Positions 50,184 through 60,772 are shown, numbered from the stretch's first letter. The stretch is 64,000 bases of DNA from an uncultured Holophagae bacterium (GCA_963844865.1 CAWJPY010000006.1:187421-251420), one strand, 5' to 3'. The notes: generated by a model from the letters alone, not told the origin. Made by a program: numbers and translations.

Positions 50184-50289
50184 CGTGTGCTCCCTCTTCG
50201 AAAGTCGGTTCTGAAATTCGGCCGGCACACTGGGCTCGAGCAGCGTTCCTCTCGCCTCCGCCGCCGGGCGGAGCAGGTACACTCGTGCC

Positions 50290-52398
50290 GTGACCCGCCC
50301 GGAAGCTCCAGAGGCGCCGGCCGCGCTGCGGATCGGCGGGTGGATGGTGTTTCCCTCCCTGAGCCGTCTCGACCGGGACGACTCCTCGGTCCACCTCGAG
50401 CCCAAGGTGATGGACGTGCTGCTCTGCCTCGCCAGGCGTCCTGGCGAGGTGCTCTCCAAGGAGGAGATCCTGGACTCCGTCTGGCGTGTCGAGCACGTCG
50501 CCGACAGCACCCTCAGCCATGCCGTGGCGGAGCTGAGGCGGGCCCTCGGCGACGACGCCCGGCGCCCCCGCTACATCGAGACCATCCCGAAGCGGGGCTA
50601 CCGGCTGATCGCCACGGTGGAGGCGGCGTCTCGACCTGAACCGGCGCCGGTGCCGGACGCACAGAGACCTCGACGGTGGATGCGAGTCGGTGCCGGGCTC
50701 GTGCTGCTGTCGGTCCTGGTCGTCCTCGCCTGGTCTCTCGCCCGCCGCGACGACCCGGGGCCGGCCGGGGCGCCGCGGATCGTGGTCCTGCCCTTCGCGA
50801 ACCTGGGCGACCCGGCGCACGATCACTTCGCCGCCGGCATCACCGACGAGATCATCAGCCGCCTGGCGACCGTGCGGGGGCTGCAGGTGGTGTCGCGGAC
50901 CACCGCCTTCAACTACGACGCCACCGGCAAGAGCGCGCGTGACATCGGGCGCGATCTGGACGTCGACTACATCCTGGAGGGGGCCGTCCGGTGGAGCGGT
51001 GACACCGATCCCGCCGTCGTCCACGTCACCCCGCAGCTCATCCGCACACGGGACGACAGCCACCTCTGGAGCGGCCGCATCGACCGCCATCCGGAGCGCG
51101 TCCTCGATGTCCAGGGCGAGATCGCACAGCGGGTCGTGGACCACCTCGACCTGCGCCTGGCACGCACTCAGATGCGGGACCTGACCAGGCCCCAGACGAG
51201 CGATCCCGCCGCCTACCAGGCGTACCTCGAGGCCCTCGAGCGCCGCCGCTCCCTCGACCGGAACGATGTGGTGACCGCCCTCCAGATGTACCGCCGCGCG
51301 GTGGAGCTGGATCCTGCCTTCGCCCAGGCGTGGGCCGGTCTCGCCGAGGCCAGCGGCAGGATCTCCCACCTCGGCTACGATCGTGCGCCCGAGCGCTGCG
51401 AGACCGCCCGGCTCGCCCTGGAGAAGGCGCGTGCGCTGGCGTCCAACGCACCCGAGACACTGCGAGCCGCCGCCTTCTTCGAGTACTACTGCCAGGGCGA
51501 CGCCATCGCCGCCCGGTCCGCTTTCGAGCGCGCCCTCGAGCGCTGGCCGGGCGACGCCCTCGCCATGTCGGGCATGGCGTACGCGTGCCGCAGGATGGGC
51601 CGCTGGGAGGAGGCCGAGTCGTGGTTCCGGCGCGCCGTGGAGCTGGACCCGCGCAACCCCACCGTCCTGTTGAACCTGGGCGCCCACCTCTGCTTCGGCC
51701 ACCACTACGGGGAGGGGCTGGCCGCGGTGGACCGCGCCATCGAGCTCGCCCCCGACCTCCGCGCCGCCTACTTCGCCAGGTGCGCCGCGCTGTGGATGGG
51801 ATGGGGTGACGCCCGGCGTGCCGCCGAGATGCTCGAGCGGGTTCCCGGTCCCCGCGACGGTGCCTGGTACGGCTACGCCTTCTCGAACGCGTGCTATGCC
51901 GGAGACTCCACGGAGGCTTTGCGCCTGGCCCACGAGGCGCCCACCTCCCACCTGTCGCAGATGCAGGGGTGTCTCGCGGCGACCGTGGCTGAAGCGCCCG
52001 AGGCGACGACGATCTGCTCGGAGGCGGCGTTGCACTACCGCTCGATCAGCGATCGAGACCCGGACCACCAGTGGCCCCGTCTCCTGCTGGCCAGGACGAG
52101 CTCTCTGGCCGGACGACACGCCGAGGCGGAGCGGGAGGCGGCCGCCGCCCTCGCCATGCGGTCGCCCGAGACGGATGCCGTGGGGCACGCAGAGGCGCTG
52201 CTCGTGCAGGCGCAGGTGCTCGGACGGGCGGGAAGGACCGGGGAGGCCGTGGCGCTGGTCGAGCAGCTCCTCGATGAGTCCTCCACACTCAGCCCAGCCC
52301 TGCTGCGTATCGACCCGGAGTGGGCCCCCTTGCGGGGTGTCCCACGGATCGAGGAGATCATCCGGACCGGCGTCCTCCCTTCCGGCGAGCAGTCCTGA
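50290..52398 (+). CDS. Membrane-anchored winged-helix (CadC/OmpR-type) transcriptional regulator with TPR-rich C-terminal region
   Basis: N-terminal LEPKVMDVLLCLARRPGEVLSKEEILDSVW...IETIPKRGYRL (trans_reg_C), one TM (VGAGLVLLSVLVVLAW), then repeated TPR-like helices. Confidence 0.8.
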   Translation: MTRPEAPEAPAALRIGGWMVFPSLSRLDRDDSSVHLEPKVMDVLLCLARRPGEVLSKEEILDSVWRVEHVADSTLSHAVAELRRALGDDARRPRYIETIPKRGYRLIATVEAASRPEPAPVPDAQRPRRWMRVGAGLVLLSVLVVLAWSLARRDDPGPAGAPRIVVLPFANLGDPAHDHFAAGITDEIISRLATVRGLQVVSRTTAFNYDATGKSARDIGRDLDVDYILEGAVRWSGDTDPAVVHVTPQLIRTRDDSHLWSGRIDRHPERVLDVQGEIAQRVVDHLDLRLARTQMRDLTRPQTSDPAAYQAYLEALERRRSLDRNDVVTALQMYRRAVELDPAFAQAWAGLAEASGRISHLGYDRAPERCETARLALEKARALASNAPETLRAAAFFEYYCQGDAIAARSAFERALERWPGDALAMSGMAYACRRMGRWEEAESWFRRAVELDPRNPTVLLNLGAHLCFGHHYGEGLAAVDRAIELAPDLRAAYFARCAALWMGWGDARRAAEMLERVPGPRDGAWYGYAFSNACYAGDSTEALRLAHEAPTSHLSQMQGCLAATVAEAPEATTICSEAALHYRSISDRDPDHQWPRLLLARTSSLAGRHAEAEREAAAALAMRSPETDAVGHAEALLVQAQVLGRAGRTGEAVALVEQLLDESSTLSPALLRIDPEWAPLRGVPRIEEIIRTGVLPSGEQS

Positions 52399-52450
52399 GC
52401 CGTCGTCCACGCCCTCGCGATCCGACGCGTGCGAGACCGGGCCGGCGGAT

Positions 52451-53839
52451 TCAGGGTCCCCCATGATCACCTTCGAGCGGTTGGATGCCGTGGGTGTCGG
52501 AGAAGTAGAAGACGACGTCGAAGGTGTGGAGGATCCGGATGATCCTCTCGGGGGAGCGGTAGTGCGGACCGGCCTCGCCGGCGAAGAAGTCCCCAACCCC
52601 CAGGAACGGACGTGGATGATCGAGAAACTCATGGAGGGGAGTCCCCTCCGGCACCCGGCGCAACGCGACGCAGTAGCGGTCGGGTTCCGCACGTTCGAGG
52701 ACCGCGTTGACGCTGTCGGCCGGCGGGTCGTCGTCGATGTGACAGAGCAAGGGCTGTGTGTCCCTGCCCCGCCAGTCAGCCCGCACCGCGGTGAACGAAC
52801 CGCGGGAGAAGGCGGTGGCGACCCGGAGGTAGGCCGGTCCCAGGCTCCGGGAGAGGTGCCAGCCCATCGAGCCCGGTCCCTGTGGTCCGTAGTAGGTGGG
52901 ACTGCTGCCGACGTGGGAATCGTGCGCCCACACGCTGAAGGGCGTTCCTTCTCCCAGGAAGTCGGCGATCCACAGCGCATTGGCGGCCAGGTGACCGTCG
53001 CGCACATCGTTGCTTCCCTGATAGGCGCCGAGCAGGGACTCGTGGGAGCGCTGCAGGACCTCGATGAGGTGCCGCGCGATGGCGCGATGCCCCCGGTCGA
53101 GGTCCCGCGAGCCCTCATCCACGATCACGGCCATCTCGTCCAGCACGCCGCGGATCCGCTGGTACTCGTCGGCGGAGATCGTGCGGTAGTCGATCCGTCC
53201 CATCGCCTCGAGGGTCCGAAAGGAGCTCCACAACGCATCGTGAAGCGCCGGATACCGCGCCCGGAAGAGCTCCCGGTGTACGTCCAGGTGCCACATGTCC
53301 AGCTGGCTGTCGATGCCGAAGAAGTGAACCCGTTGGGCCTCGGGCAGGTCGCGGTTGTGCCGGCGCATCCACTCCAGGAGCGAGCGGACCTCCTGGTTCG
53401 CCTGGATCCACAGCCCTTTCGCGAGCAGCGCGTCGAGTGAGCCCTGCCCCGTCATGACGTAGCAGTCGAGAGGCAGCGAGGCGGCGAACCCGTACTCGTA
53501 CCCCAGCGCGCGGTGGCCGTGCGCCTCCACCAGGTGGCGGAACAGCCGGTGCTTGAGCTCGAAGAACTCCGCCGTCCCGTGCGTCGCCTCTCCCAGCCCG
53601 ACCACGGTGGCGCCGGCCAGGTCGTCGTCGAGGGGAGCGAAGACCGCGTCCGGGAACTCCAGGGGCGACCCCGGGGGAAGGGCCTCCAGCAGGCCGTTCA
53701 GCTCTCGCGTGGCGGCCGCGGGCGGGCCGGACGCGGGCTGAGGTGCGGCGGTCGTCGCCACGGCCAACCCGACCGCGAGGGCCAGCGGCAAGCGCAGGGT
53801 GCCAAGGGTACGGCTCCAGACGCAGGTCATTCGCGACAC
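52451..53839 (-). CDS. Erythromycin esterase family protein (secreted)
   Basis: Signal peptide. GLGEATHGTAEFFELKHRLFRHLVE and WAHDSHV motifs are typical of the family. Confidence 0.78.
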   Translation of the reverse strand: MSRMTCVWSRTLGTLRLPLALAVGLAVATTAAPQPASGPPAAATRELNGLLEALPPGSPLEFPDAVFAPLDDDLAGATVVGLGEATHGTAEFFELKHRLFRHLVEAHGHRALGYEYGFAASLPLDCYVMTGQGSLDALLAKGLWIQANQEVRSLLEWMRRHNRDLPEAQRVHFFGIDSQLDMWHLDVHRELFRARYPALHDALWSSFRTLEAMGRIDYRTISADEYQRIRGVLDEMAVIVDEGSRDLDRGHRAIARHLIEVLQRSHESLLGAYQGSNDVRDGHLAANALWIADFLGEGTPFSVWAHDSHVGSSPTYYGPQGPGSMGWHLSRSLGPAYLRVATAFSRGSFTAVRADWRGRDTQPLLCHIDDDPPADSVNAVLERAEPDRYCVALRRVPEGTPLHEFLDHPRPFLGVGDFFAGEAGPHYRSPERIIRILHTFDVVFYFSDTHGIQPLEGDHGGP

Positions 53840-53852
53840 GGTGTCTCCAATC

Positions 53853-54818
53853 TCACCGGGCGGCCGGTGACGGCAGGATCGCCGCGTCCAACCACCAGAC
53901 TCGGCCCGCGGCCAGGAAGAAGAGGAAGCGGCCGTCCGGCGACAGCGATGGAAATCTCGCCGGCTTCGGGAAGTTGATCAGCGGATGGAGATTGAGGGGA
54001 TCGCTCCAGGTTTCGTCGGGCGTCCGGAAGGCGATGTGGAGGGAGAGCTCCTCGCCGGTGTGGCCGCGGTTGGAGGCGAAGAGGAGCGTCGCCCCGTCGG
54101 GGGTGATGAACGGGCAGTAGTCGATCCCGGGGCTGTTGATGGACGGACCCAGGGCCTGCGGCTCCGAGTAGCCGGCCGCCTCCCGGAGCGCACGGTAGAT
54201 GCCTCGTCCGAACTCGACTCCCTCCATGCCCCCGGTGAAGTACAGGTCCCCGTCGGCGGTGAGCGTCGGCTGGCTCTCCAGCCCAGGGCCGTTGACCGGC
54301 GGGCCGAGGATGAACGCCCGCGTCCACGCCTCGCGCCGCGCATCCACCCACCAGATGTCGACGCCCCCGGCTCCCCCAGCGGCTGCCGCCTGGTAGTAGA
54401 GGCGGCTCCCGTCGGGGGAGAAGGCGGGAGCCTGGACAGCCGCGCCGGGCAGGGGCAGCACCTCCGGCCGGGTCCAGGCGCCGTCCTCGCAGTGCACGGA
54501 GAGGATGGCCGGTGGCAGGACCGACCAGCAGATCCGCCTGCCGTCGGGGCTGACCGCGATGGCGCCGTGCAGGCGCTCGCCGGCATCGCTGATGATCCCC
54601 GGAGCGAAGGGCTCGGGGGTCCGTCCGGGAGGCTCGAGCCCCAGGAAGGGAGCACAGCCGCGCTCCTGCGGGGCGGTGGGCGCCATCTCGTCGAGATCAT
54701 CCGTCAACGACGCGGGAAGGCCTTCACCCCAGGCACGAGCGCCCTGCAGCCCTCCTCCGCCGGTGAGCACCAGCACGGCCGAGATCACCAGCCAGGTCCC
54801 CATCCGTCCGTCTGCCAC
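53853..54818 (-). CDS. PD40/TolB-like beta-propeller repeat protein
   Basis: Repeated SPDG(R/S)xLxF units and a signal peptide. It lies 13 nt upstream of the esterase gene on the same strand. Confidence 0.75.
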   Translation of the reverse strand: MADGRMGTWLVISAVLVLTGGGGLQGARAWGEGLPASLTDDLDEMAPTAPQERGCAPFLGLEPPGRTPEPFAPGIISDAGERLHGAIAVSPDGRRICWSVLPPAILSVHCEDGAWTRPEVLPLPGAAVQAPAFSPDGSRLYYQAAAAGGAGGVDIWWVDARREAWTRAFILGPPVNGPGLESQPTLTADGDLYFTGGMEGVEFGRGIYRALREAAGYSEPQALGPSINSPGIDYCPFITPDGATLLFASNRGHTGEELSLHIAFRTPDETWSDPLNLHPLINFPKPARFPSLSPDGRFLFFLAAGRVWWLDAAILPSPAAR

Positions 54819-55033
54819 GTGGTCCTCCCGTGTCGGTGGAGCTGGTCCGGCGGTACCTCCGCGGAAACCTCCCGCTGGGTCGCCCGGGCCGTAACGACAT
54901 CATGGGGCTCGGCCACCGTCGCGTCCCAAAGAACCCCCGGTGAATCCGCGGGGAACTTCCGGGGATCGCTCGGGGAGGCAAACAGCCCGCCTTCCAACGC
55001 GTACCCTCCAGCAACCGAGGGAGGAGGGTTGCG

Positions 55034-56077
55034 ATGCGAAGCTCGAACGGGATCACGATCGTGGCGATCTGGCTGGCGGTGGCAACGGTGCTGGCGACGA
55101 CCTCGTGCACCTCGCGCGAAACGTCCCGCTTCCCCGAGCTGCGTGGGGACTATCTGGGCCAGGCCCTCCCCGGCCCGGAGCCGCAGCTCTTCGCTCCAGG
55201 CCTGATCACCACCGGTCTCTACACCCGGGACGTCGCCGTCACCCCCGACGGCGACGAGATCTACTTCTCGGTCGCGGTGCCCGGCGCCTCGGCCATCATG
55301 GTGGCACGCAGGGAAGGCGGCATCTGGGGAGAGCCCCGCGTGGCGCCATTCTCGGGAGTCTGGCGCGACTTCGAGCCCTTCGTCGCGGCGGACGGCCGGC
55401 GGCTCCTCTTCCTCTCCAACAGGCCTCCTCGGGGCGAGGATCCGAGGCCCGGATGGGGCCACCAGAACATCTGGCAGGTGCGGCGCCAGGACGAAGGATG
55501 GGGCGAGCCGGAGCTCCTGCCCGGACCGGTCAACACCGACGCCCCCGAGTTCTACCCGTCCCTGACCGCCGACGGCGCCCTCTACTTCACCCGCGGGTTG
55601 GGCGACCTGAAGGCGAAGATCCTGCGCTCGCGGTGGGTCGATGGCGCGCTTGCCGAGCCCGAGGAGCTGGGGCCGCAGGTGAACGCGGGGGAGAGCCAGT
55701 ACAACGCGTTCATCTCGCCTGGAGAGGACCTTCTTCTCTTCGCCGCCGCGGGCCGCGCCGACAGCCGCGGCGGCAGCGACTGCTACGTCAGCTTCCGCTC
55801 ACCGGACGATCGCTGGACCGGCCCCGTCAACCTCGGAGACCTGGTCAACGACGCCGGGGACTGCGACGCCGCGACCCTGTCGCCGGACGGCCGTTTCCTC
55901 TTCTTCATGTCCAGCCGCCGCGACCCCGCCCAGGGCCCCGACATCAGCGGGCTGACCCTCACCGAGCTGCTGGGCCGGCAGATGGCGCCCGGCAACGGGT
56001 CGGCGGACATCTACTGGATGGACGCCGGCTTCATCGCCGAGCTTCGATGCACTTCAGCAGCCGCTGTCGCAGGCTGA
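55034..56077 (+). CDS. PD40/TolB-like beta-propeller repeat lipoprotein
   Basis: RBS GGAGGAGGG and a lipobox-like LATTSC. Repeats are TPDGDEIYF, AADGRRLLF, TADGALYF and SPDGRFLFF. Confidence 0.78.
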   Translation: MRSSNGITIVAIWLAVATVLATTSCTSRETSRFPELRGDYLGQALPGPEPQLFAPGLITTGLYTRDVAVTPDGDEIYFSVAVPGASAIMVARREGGIWGEPRVAPFSGVWRDFEPFVAADGRRLLFLSNRPPRGEDPRPGWGHQNIWQVRRQDEGWGEPELLPGPVNTDAPEFYPSLTADGALYFTRGLGDLKAKILRSRWVDGALAEPEELGPQVNAGESQYNAFISPGEDLLLFAAAGRADSRGGSDCYVSFRSPDDRWTGPVNLGDLVNDAGDCDAATLSPDGRFLFFMSSRRDPAQGPDISGLTLTELLGRQMAPGNGSADIYWMDAGFIAELRCTSAAAVAG

Positions 56078-56106
56078 TCCCGGGTGGTCCGAGCTCCCGT
56101 CGGCGC

Positions 56107-56601
56107 TCAGCCGGAGCTGCTGTCGCCAGCCTCGCCGGTGTGGGATCCCGGCTGCTTGAGGTCTCTCGCCGAGACCGTCTTGAACTCCAGGATCTCGATG
56201 GAGAACGGCGCCCCGTCTCCGATCTGCACGCTGGCTGGGCGGCCCTGGACCACGGTCACCGCGGCCTTTTCGGTCCACTCCTGCTCCCCCCCGTCGGCGG
56301 CGCCCTCCCCCTGGAAGGCGCGCACGGCGAGGAACCCCTTGTCGCTGTCCGCAAAGACGGGCTTGAAGGCGTACCAGTTGGCGCCGTCATCGTAGGTGAG
56401 ACGGAACATGGCGTCGGTGCCCACCATCCAGGCGTTCTTCGCGGGCAGGGCCCCCGGCCGCGAGACCTGCCAGATGACGACCGGGATCGTCGCTTCTCCG
56501 TCCGTCGCGGTGGCGCCTTCTCGCGCGCCTGCGACGTGCAGCGGCACAGTAGAGGCCGCTGCAAGGAGCAGCAGGACGATAGGGACGGTCGACTTCTTCA
56601 T
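56107..56601 (-). CDS. Secreted hypothetical protein
   Basis: ATG 56601 after GGAGGGAG. Signal peptide MKKSTVPIVLLLLAAAS. No recognised domain. Confidence 0.6.
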   Translation of the reverse strand: MKKSTVPIVLLLLAAASTVPLHVAGAREGATATDGEATIPVVIWQVSRPGALPAKNAWMVGTDAMFRLTYDDGANWYAFKPVFADSDKGFLAVRAFQGEGAADGGEQEWTEKAAVTVVQGRPASVQIGDGAPFSIEILEFKTVSARDLKQPGSHTGEAGDSSSG

Positions 56602-56831
56602 GGTCTCCCTCCGCGGCTCATGGGCTGGCAACGACTGCTGTGAGTTTACCACCGCCGTTGGCTCAGACCGGATCTCGGGAGGTGACCACGGGCACGTGCC
56701 GCGCACCTGCCAGCGGGAGATCCCCGCACCTGCCTCGGCATGACGAGACGGCGACAACTGTTTTCAGTTGAGGACGCCGCACGGTCGTCCACCGGCAACG
56801 CCGCACACGACCCCGCTGGACTGGAGGAACC

Positions 56832-57834
56832 ATGGAGTACACGCGACTGGGAGACACGGGCCTCGAGGTCTCCCGCATCTGCCTCGGCTGCATGAGCTAC
56901 GGCGACCCCGCCGCGACCGTCGAGGGATCTCAGCTGCGCTGGGAGTGGGCCCTCGACGAGGAGCGCGCACGCCCCTTCTACGAGAAGGCCATCGAGCTCG
57001 GCATCAACTTCTTCGACACCGCCAACGTCTACTCCTTCGGGGCCAGCGAGGAGATCACGGGGCGGGCGCTGCGCCGACTTCGCGCGCCGCGACGAGATCG
57101 TGCTCGCCACCAAGGTGTGGGGGAGGATGCGCCCCGGCCCCAACGGCGGCGGGCTCTCGCGCAAGGCCATCCTGCACGAGATCGACGCCAGCCTGAGGCG
57201 CCTGGGGACCGACTACGTCGACCTCTACCAGATCCACCGCTGGGACCCCCAAACCCCCATCGAGGAGACCATGGAGGCGCTCCACGACGTGGTGCGCGCG
57301 GGCAAGGCCCGCTACATCGGCGCCTCCTCCATGTACGCCTGGCAGTTCGCCAAGGCCCAGCAGGTGGCGGATGCCAACGGCTGGACGCGCTTCGTCTCCA
57401 TGCAGAACCACTACAACCTCCTCTACCGCGAGGAGGAGCGGGAGATGATTCCCCTCTGCCTCGACCAGGGGGTCGGCCTCATCCCCTGGAGCCCCCTGGC
57501 ACGCGGCTACCTGGCCCGTCCGCCCGAGGCGGGCGAGACCAAGCGCTCCACGACGGACCGCTTCGGCAAGACCCTGTATGCGTCCACGGCCGATGCGGAT
57601 GACCGCGTGATCCGCGCCGTGGACGCCATGGCGTCGGAGCGCGGGCTTCCCCACGCGCAGGTCGCTCTCGCCTGGCTCCTCGGCAGGCCCGGCGTGGCGG
57701 CGCCCATCGTCGGCGCCACCAAGCTCGAGCACTTGGAGGAGTCGGTGGGCGCCCTCGACGTCGAGCTGTCTGCAGACGAGATCTCAGCCCTCGAGGAGCA
57801 CTACGCACCGCACCCCATCCAGGGGCACGGCTAG
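56832..57834 (+). pseudogene. Aldo/keto reductase interrupted by a +1 frameshift (or a sequencing error)
   Basis: Frame 1 reads MEYTRLGDTGLEVSRICLGCMSYG...EEITGRALR up to 57074. Frame 2 from 57076 reads DFARRDEIVLATKVW...DLYQIHRWD...GATKLEHLEE. There is one extra C in CGCC at 57072-57075. Confidence 0.85.
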
Positions 57835-57936
57835 CAGCCGCGGCATCCCGCGTCCGAATCGGCGACTGCGATCGGCGACTGCGATCGGCGAGCTCGGTGC
57901 CCGCGAACCTGAGACGCGCACGGTGCGCCAGAGCGG

Positions 57937-58120
57937 GTGCCAGGCACGCTTTCGAATGAGGCGATCCGCGTCCTATCGAATCAAGACGGCGTGCCAGGCA
58001 CCCTCTCTGGTGCTCCCCAAGCGAGTGCCCCTGGCGTACCCGACTCGTGGGCCGGTGCCAGGCACCGGGTCGTCCGCTGCCAGACGGCGGTGCGCCCCTT
58101 CCCAAACGGTGCCTGGCTCC
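57937..58120. repeat. Cluster of four GTGCC(A/T)GGCAC palindromes (REP-like)
   Basis: Cores at 57937-57947, 57991-58001, 58055-58065 and 58108-58120 (the last degenerate), read directly. Confidence 0.8.
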
Positions 58121-58151
58121 GCCTCTCGCCTGCCCGGATCGCGTTCGGGCC

Positions 58152-58184
58152 ATGACGTGGCGGCTCCTCTACCCGACGGCGTGA
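58152..58184 (+). pseudogene. Remnant of a four-helix-bundle protein gene (last 10 codons)
   Basis: MTWRLLYPTA* followed by a tail (GTCCAGAGACGCGCCGGGG...GTCGCCGCCGC..TGGTTGC) that is homologous to the sequence downstream of 7750 and downstream of the intact gene at 10707. Confidence 0.6.
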
Positions 58185-58547
58185 GGACGGCCACGTCCAG
58201 AGACGCGCCGGGGCGCGGATCGCTGATCGCCGTCCGCTGACGCTGCCGCGGACGCCGTCGCTGGTCACTGCCGCGGTCGCCGCCGCCGTGATGCTGGTTG
58301 CATCAGTCTCCCGCACCAAGTCGCGTTGCGCGGTGGCGGCAGCGATTGCCCCACCCCCGCCGGCAGGCGTATAGTGGGCCGTCGCGCCGGCCCGCGCCCT
58401 CGGTGAGCCGCCTCTCCACCGGACCCAGCACTCCCAGCGATCGCAGCCTCCGGGCCACGGACGAGGAACGGCCGCCGCGGAGCTCTGGTGCGACGCCACA
58501 TCGCGGACCGGCCGACTGTCCGAGCAACCAGAACAGGAGGTCTTTCG

Positions 58548-60713
58548 ATGATCCGAGTCGCAACCTTCGCCCTGGCCGGCGTCCTCGCGCTGACCGCCCT
58601 GGGGAGCTCCCCAGCCCTGGCCGACGACCAGGCCCCCACCGACGCGCCGCAGCCGCCGCGCACCAACCCGTTCTTCTCCCCCAGCCCGCTGCCCTTCCAG
58701 GCGCCGCAGTTCGACCGCATCCAGGACGCGGACTTCAAGCCGGCCCTGGAGGAGGGGATGCGCCGGCAGAAGGCCGAGGTCGAGGCCATCGCCTCGAACC
58801 CGGAGCCCCCCACCTTCGCCAACACCCTGGTGGCCCTGGAGAAGACCGGCCAGCTCCTGGGCCGCGTCAACAACGTCTTCAACGCCTTGACCGGGGCCAA
58901 CACCGACCCCGAGCTGCAGGCGCTGCGGGAGGAGATGGCGCCGAAGCTGGCCGCCCATCGCGACGCCATCTACCTCAACGGGAAGCTGTTCGACCGCATC
59001 CAGGCGCTGTATGAAAAGCGTGCCGAGCTGAAGCTCGATCCCGAGTCGGAGCGGCTGCTGGAGTACGACTACAAGGAGTTCGTGCAGGCCGGCGCCAAGC
59101 TCTCCCCGGCCGACAAGGCCAAGCTGTCCGAGCTCAACGCCGAGGAGGCGACCCTGAGCGCCCGCTTCACCAACCAGCTCCTGGCCGCCAACAAGGCCGG
59201 GGCCCTGGTGATCACCGACAAGTCCGACCTCGCCGGCCTCAGCGACAGCGCCCTGGCCGCCGCGGCCCAGGCCGCCGCCGACCGGGGTCTGAAGGACGCC
59301 TGGGTGCTGCCCCTGCAGAACACCACCCAGCAGCCCGCCCTGCAGTCGCTGTCCAACCGGGCCACCCGGGAGAAGCTGTTCGAGGCCTCCTGGATGCGCA
59401 CCGAGCACGGCAACGCCGACGACACCCGCGCCATCGTCCAGAGGCTGACCGAGATCCGCGCCGACAAGGCCGCTCTGCTGGGCTTCGACACCTACGCCGC
59501 CTGGAAGCTCCAGGACCAGATGGCGAAGACCCCCCAGGCGGTGGATGACTTCCTCGCCCGCCTGGTGCCGCCGGCCACCGCCAAGGCGCGCCAGGAGGCC
59601 GCCGACATCCAGGCCCAGATCAAGGCCGACGGCGCAGACTTCACCCTCGCCCCCTGGGACTGGGACTTCTACGCCGAGCAGGTGCGCAAGGCCCGCTTCG
59701 ACCTCGACGAGTCCCAGATCCGGCCCTACTTCGAGCTCGACAACGTGCTCCGCAACGGCGTCTTCTACGCGGCCAACCAGCTCTACGGCCTGACCTTCAC
59801 CGAGCGCCACGACCTGCCGGTCTACAACCCCGACGTACGCGTGTTCGAGGTCCACGACGCCGACGGTTCGCCCCTGGCCCTCTTCTACTGCGACTACTTC
59901 GCGCGGGACAACAAGTCCGGCGGCGCCTGGATGTCCAACTTCGTCGACCAGTCCAAGCTCCTGGGCACGAAGCCGGTGGTCTACAACGTGGCGAACTTCA
60001 CCAAGCCGGCGCCCGGGCAGCCCGCCCTGCTGAGCTGGGACGACGTGACCACCATGTTCCACGAGTTCGGTCACGCCCTGCACGGGATGTTCGCCGATAC
60101 CACCTACCCCAGCCTGTCCGGCACCTCCGTGGCGCGCGACTTCGTGGAGCTGCCCTCCCAGATCAACGAGCACTGGGCGCTCTACCCCCAGGTCTTCGCG
60201 CACTACGCCGTGCACTACAAGACCGGGGAGCCCATGCCCGCCGACCTGGTGGCCAAGATCAAGAAGGCCGCCACCTTCAACCAGGGCTATGCCCTGACCG
60301 AGCTGCTGGAGGCCGCCAGCCTGGACATGGCGTGGCACACGCTCGGCGCCGACAGCCCCCAGCAGGATGTGGACCACTTCGAGAAGAGCGCCTTGGAGAA
60401 GGCGGGGCTCGCCCTCGCCGCGGTGCCGCCCCGCTACCGCTCCAGCTACTTCGCCCACGTCTTCGGCGGCGGCTACGCGGCCGGCTACTACGCCTACCTG
60501 TGGGCGGAGATGCTGGACAACGACGCGTACGCGTGGTTCGGCGAGCACGGCGGTCTGACCCGGGCCAACGGGCAGCGCTTCCGCGACATGATCCTGTCCC
60601 GGGGCAACACCGAGGACCTGGCGACCATGTACCGTGCGTTCCGCGGCCGCGACCCGGAGATCGGCCCCATGCTCGAGCACCGGGGGCTGCCGACAACGAC
60701 CCCGCAGCGCTGA
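58548..60713 (+). CDS. dcp: Peptidyl-dipeptidase Dcp (M3 family zinc metallopeptidase), secreted
   Basis: ATG 58548 after CAGGAGG and a signal peptide (ALTALGSSPALA). Zinc site FHEFGHALHG. Full-length M3A pattern. Confidence 0.92.
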   Translation: MIRVATFALAGVLALTALGSSPALADDQAPTDAPQPPRTNPFFSPSPLPFQAPQFDRIQDADFKPALEEGMRRQKAEVEAIASNPEPPTFANTLVALEKTGQLLGRVNNVFNALTGANTDPELQALREEMAPKLAAHRDAIYLNGKLFDRIQALYEKRAELKLDPESERLLEYDYKEFVQAGAKLSPADKAKLSELNAEEATLSARFTNQLLAANKAGALVITDKSDLAGLSDSALAAAAQAAADRGLKDAWVLPLQNTTQQPALQSLSNRATREKLFEASWMRTEHGNADDTRAIVQRLTEIRADKAALLGFDTYAAWKLQDQMAKTPQAVDDFLARLVPPATAKARQEAADIQAQIKADGADFTLAPWDWDFYAEQVRKARFDLDESQIRPYFELDNVLRNGVFYAANQLYGLTFTERHDLPVYNPDVRVFEVHDADGSPLALFYCDYFARDNKSGGAWMSNFVDQSKLLGTKPVVYNVANFTKPAPGQPALLSWDDVTTMFHEFGHALHGMFADTTYPSLSGTSVARDFVELPSQINEHWALYPQVFAHYAVHYKTGEPMPADLVAKIKKAATFNQGYALTELLEAASLDMAWHTLGADSPQQDVDHFEKSALEKAGLALAAVPPRYRSSYFAHVFGGGYAAGYYAYLWAEMLDNDAYAWFGEHGGLTRANGQRFRDMILSRGNTEDLATMYRAFRGRDPEIGPMLEHRGLPTTTPQR

Positions 60714-60735
60714 ACCCACACCTGACCGCTCTCGC

Positions 60736-60772
60736 GGCGGGCGCCGGAGGTACCGGCGCCCGCCGTTTCTCT
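60736..60772 (+). terminator. Rho-independent terminator after dcp (12-bp GC stem GGCGGGCGCCGG / CCGGCGCCCGCC, then a T/C-rich tail)
   Basis: Perfect stem with a 5-nt loop, followed by GTTTCTCTCTC. It starts 23 nt after the stop. Confidence 0.75.

Noticed and set aside
50110-53118. 1002-aa minus-strand ORF. Similar long shadow ORFs occur at 28633-30957, 36940-38613, 38824-40326, 40411-41916, 57981-60983 and 61011-63059.
   Set aside because: All are antisense to genes with clear family signatures. Their low-complexity R/G/P/A/H-rich translations contain no motifs. Long stop-free reverse frames are expected at this GC content.
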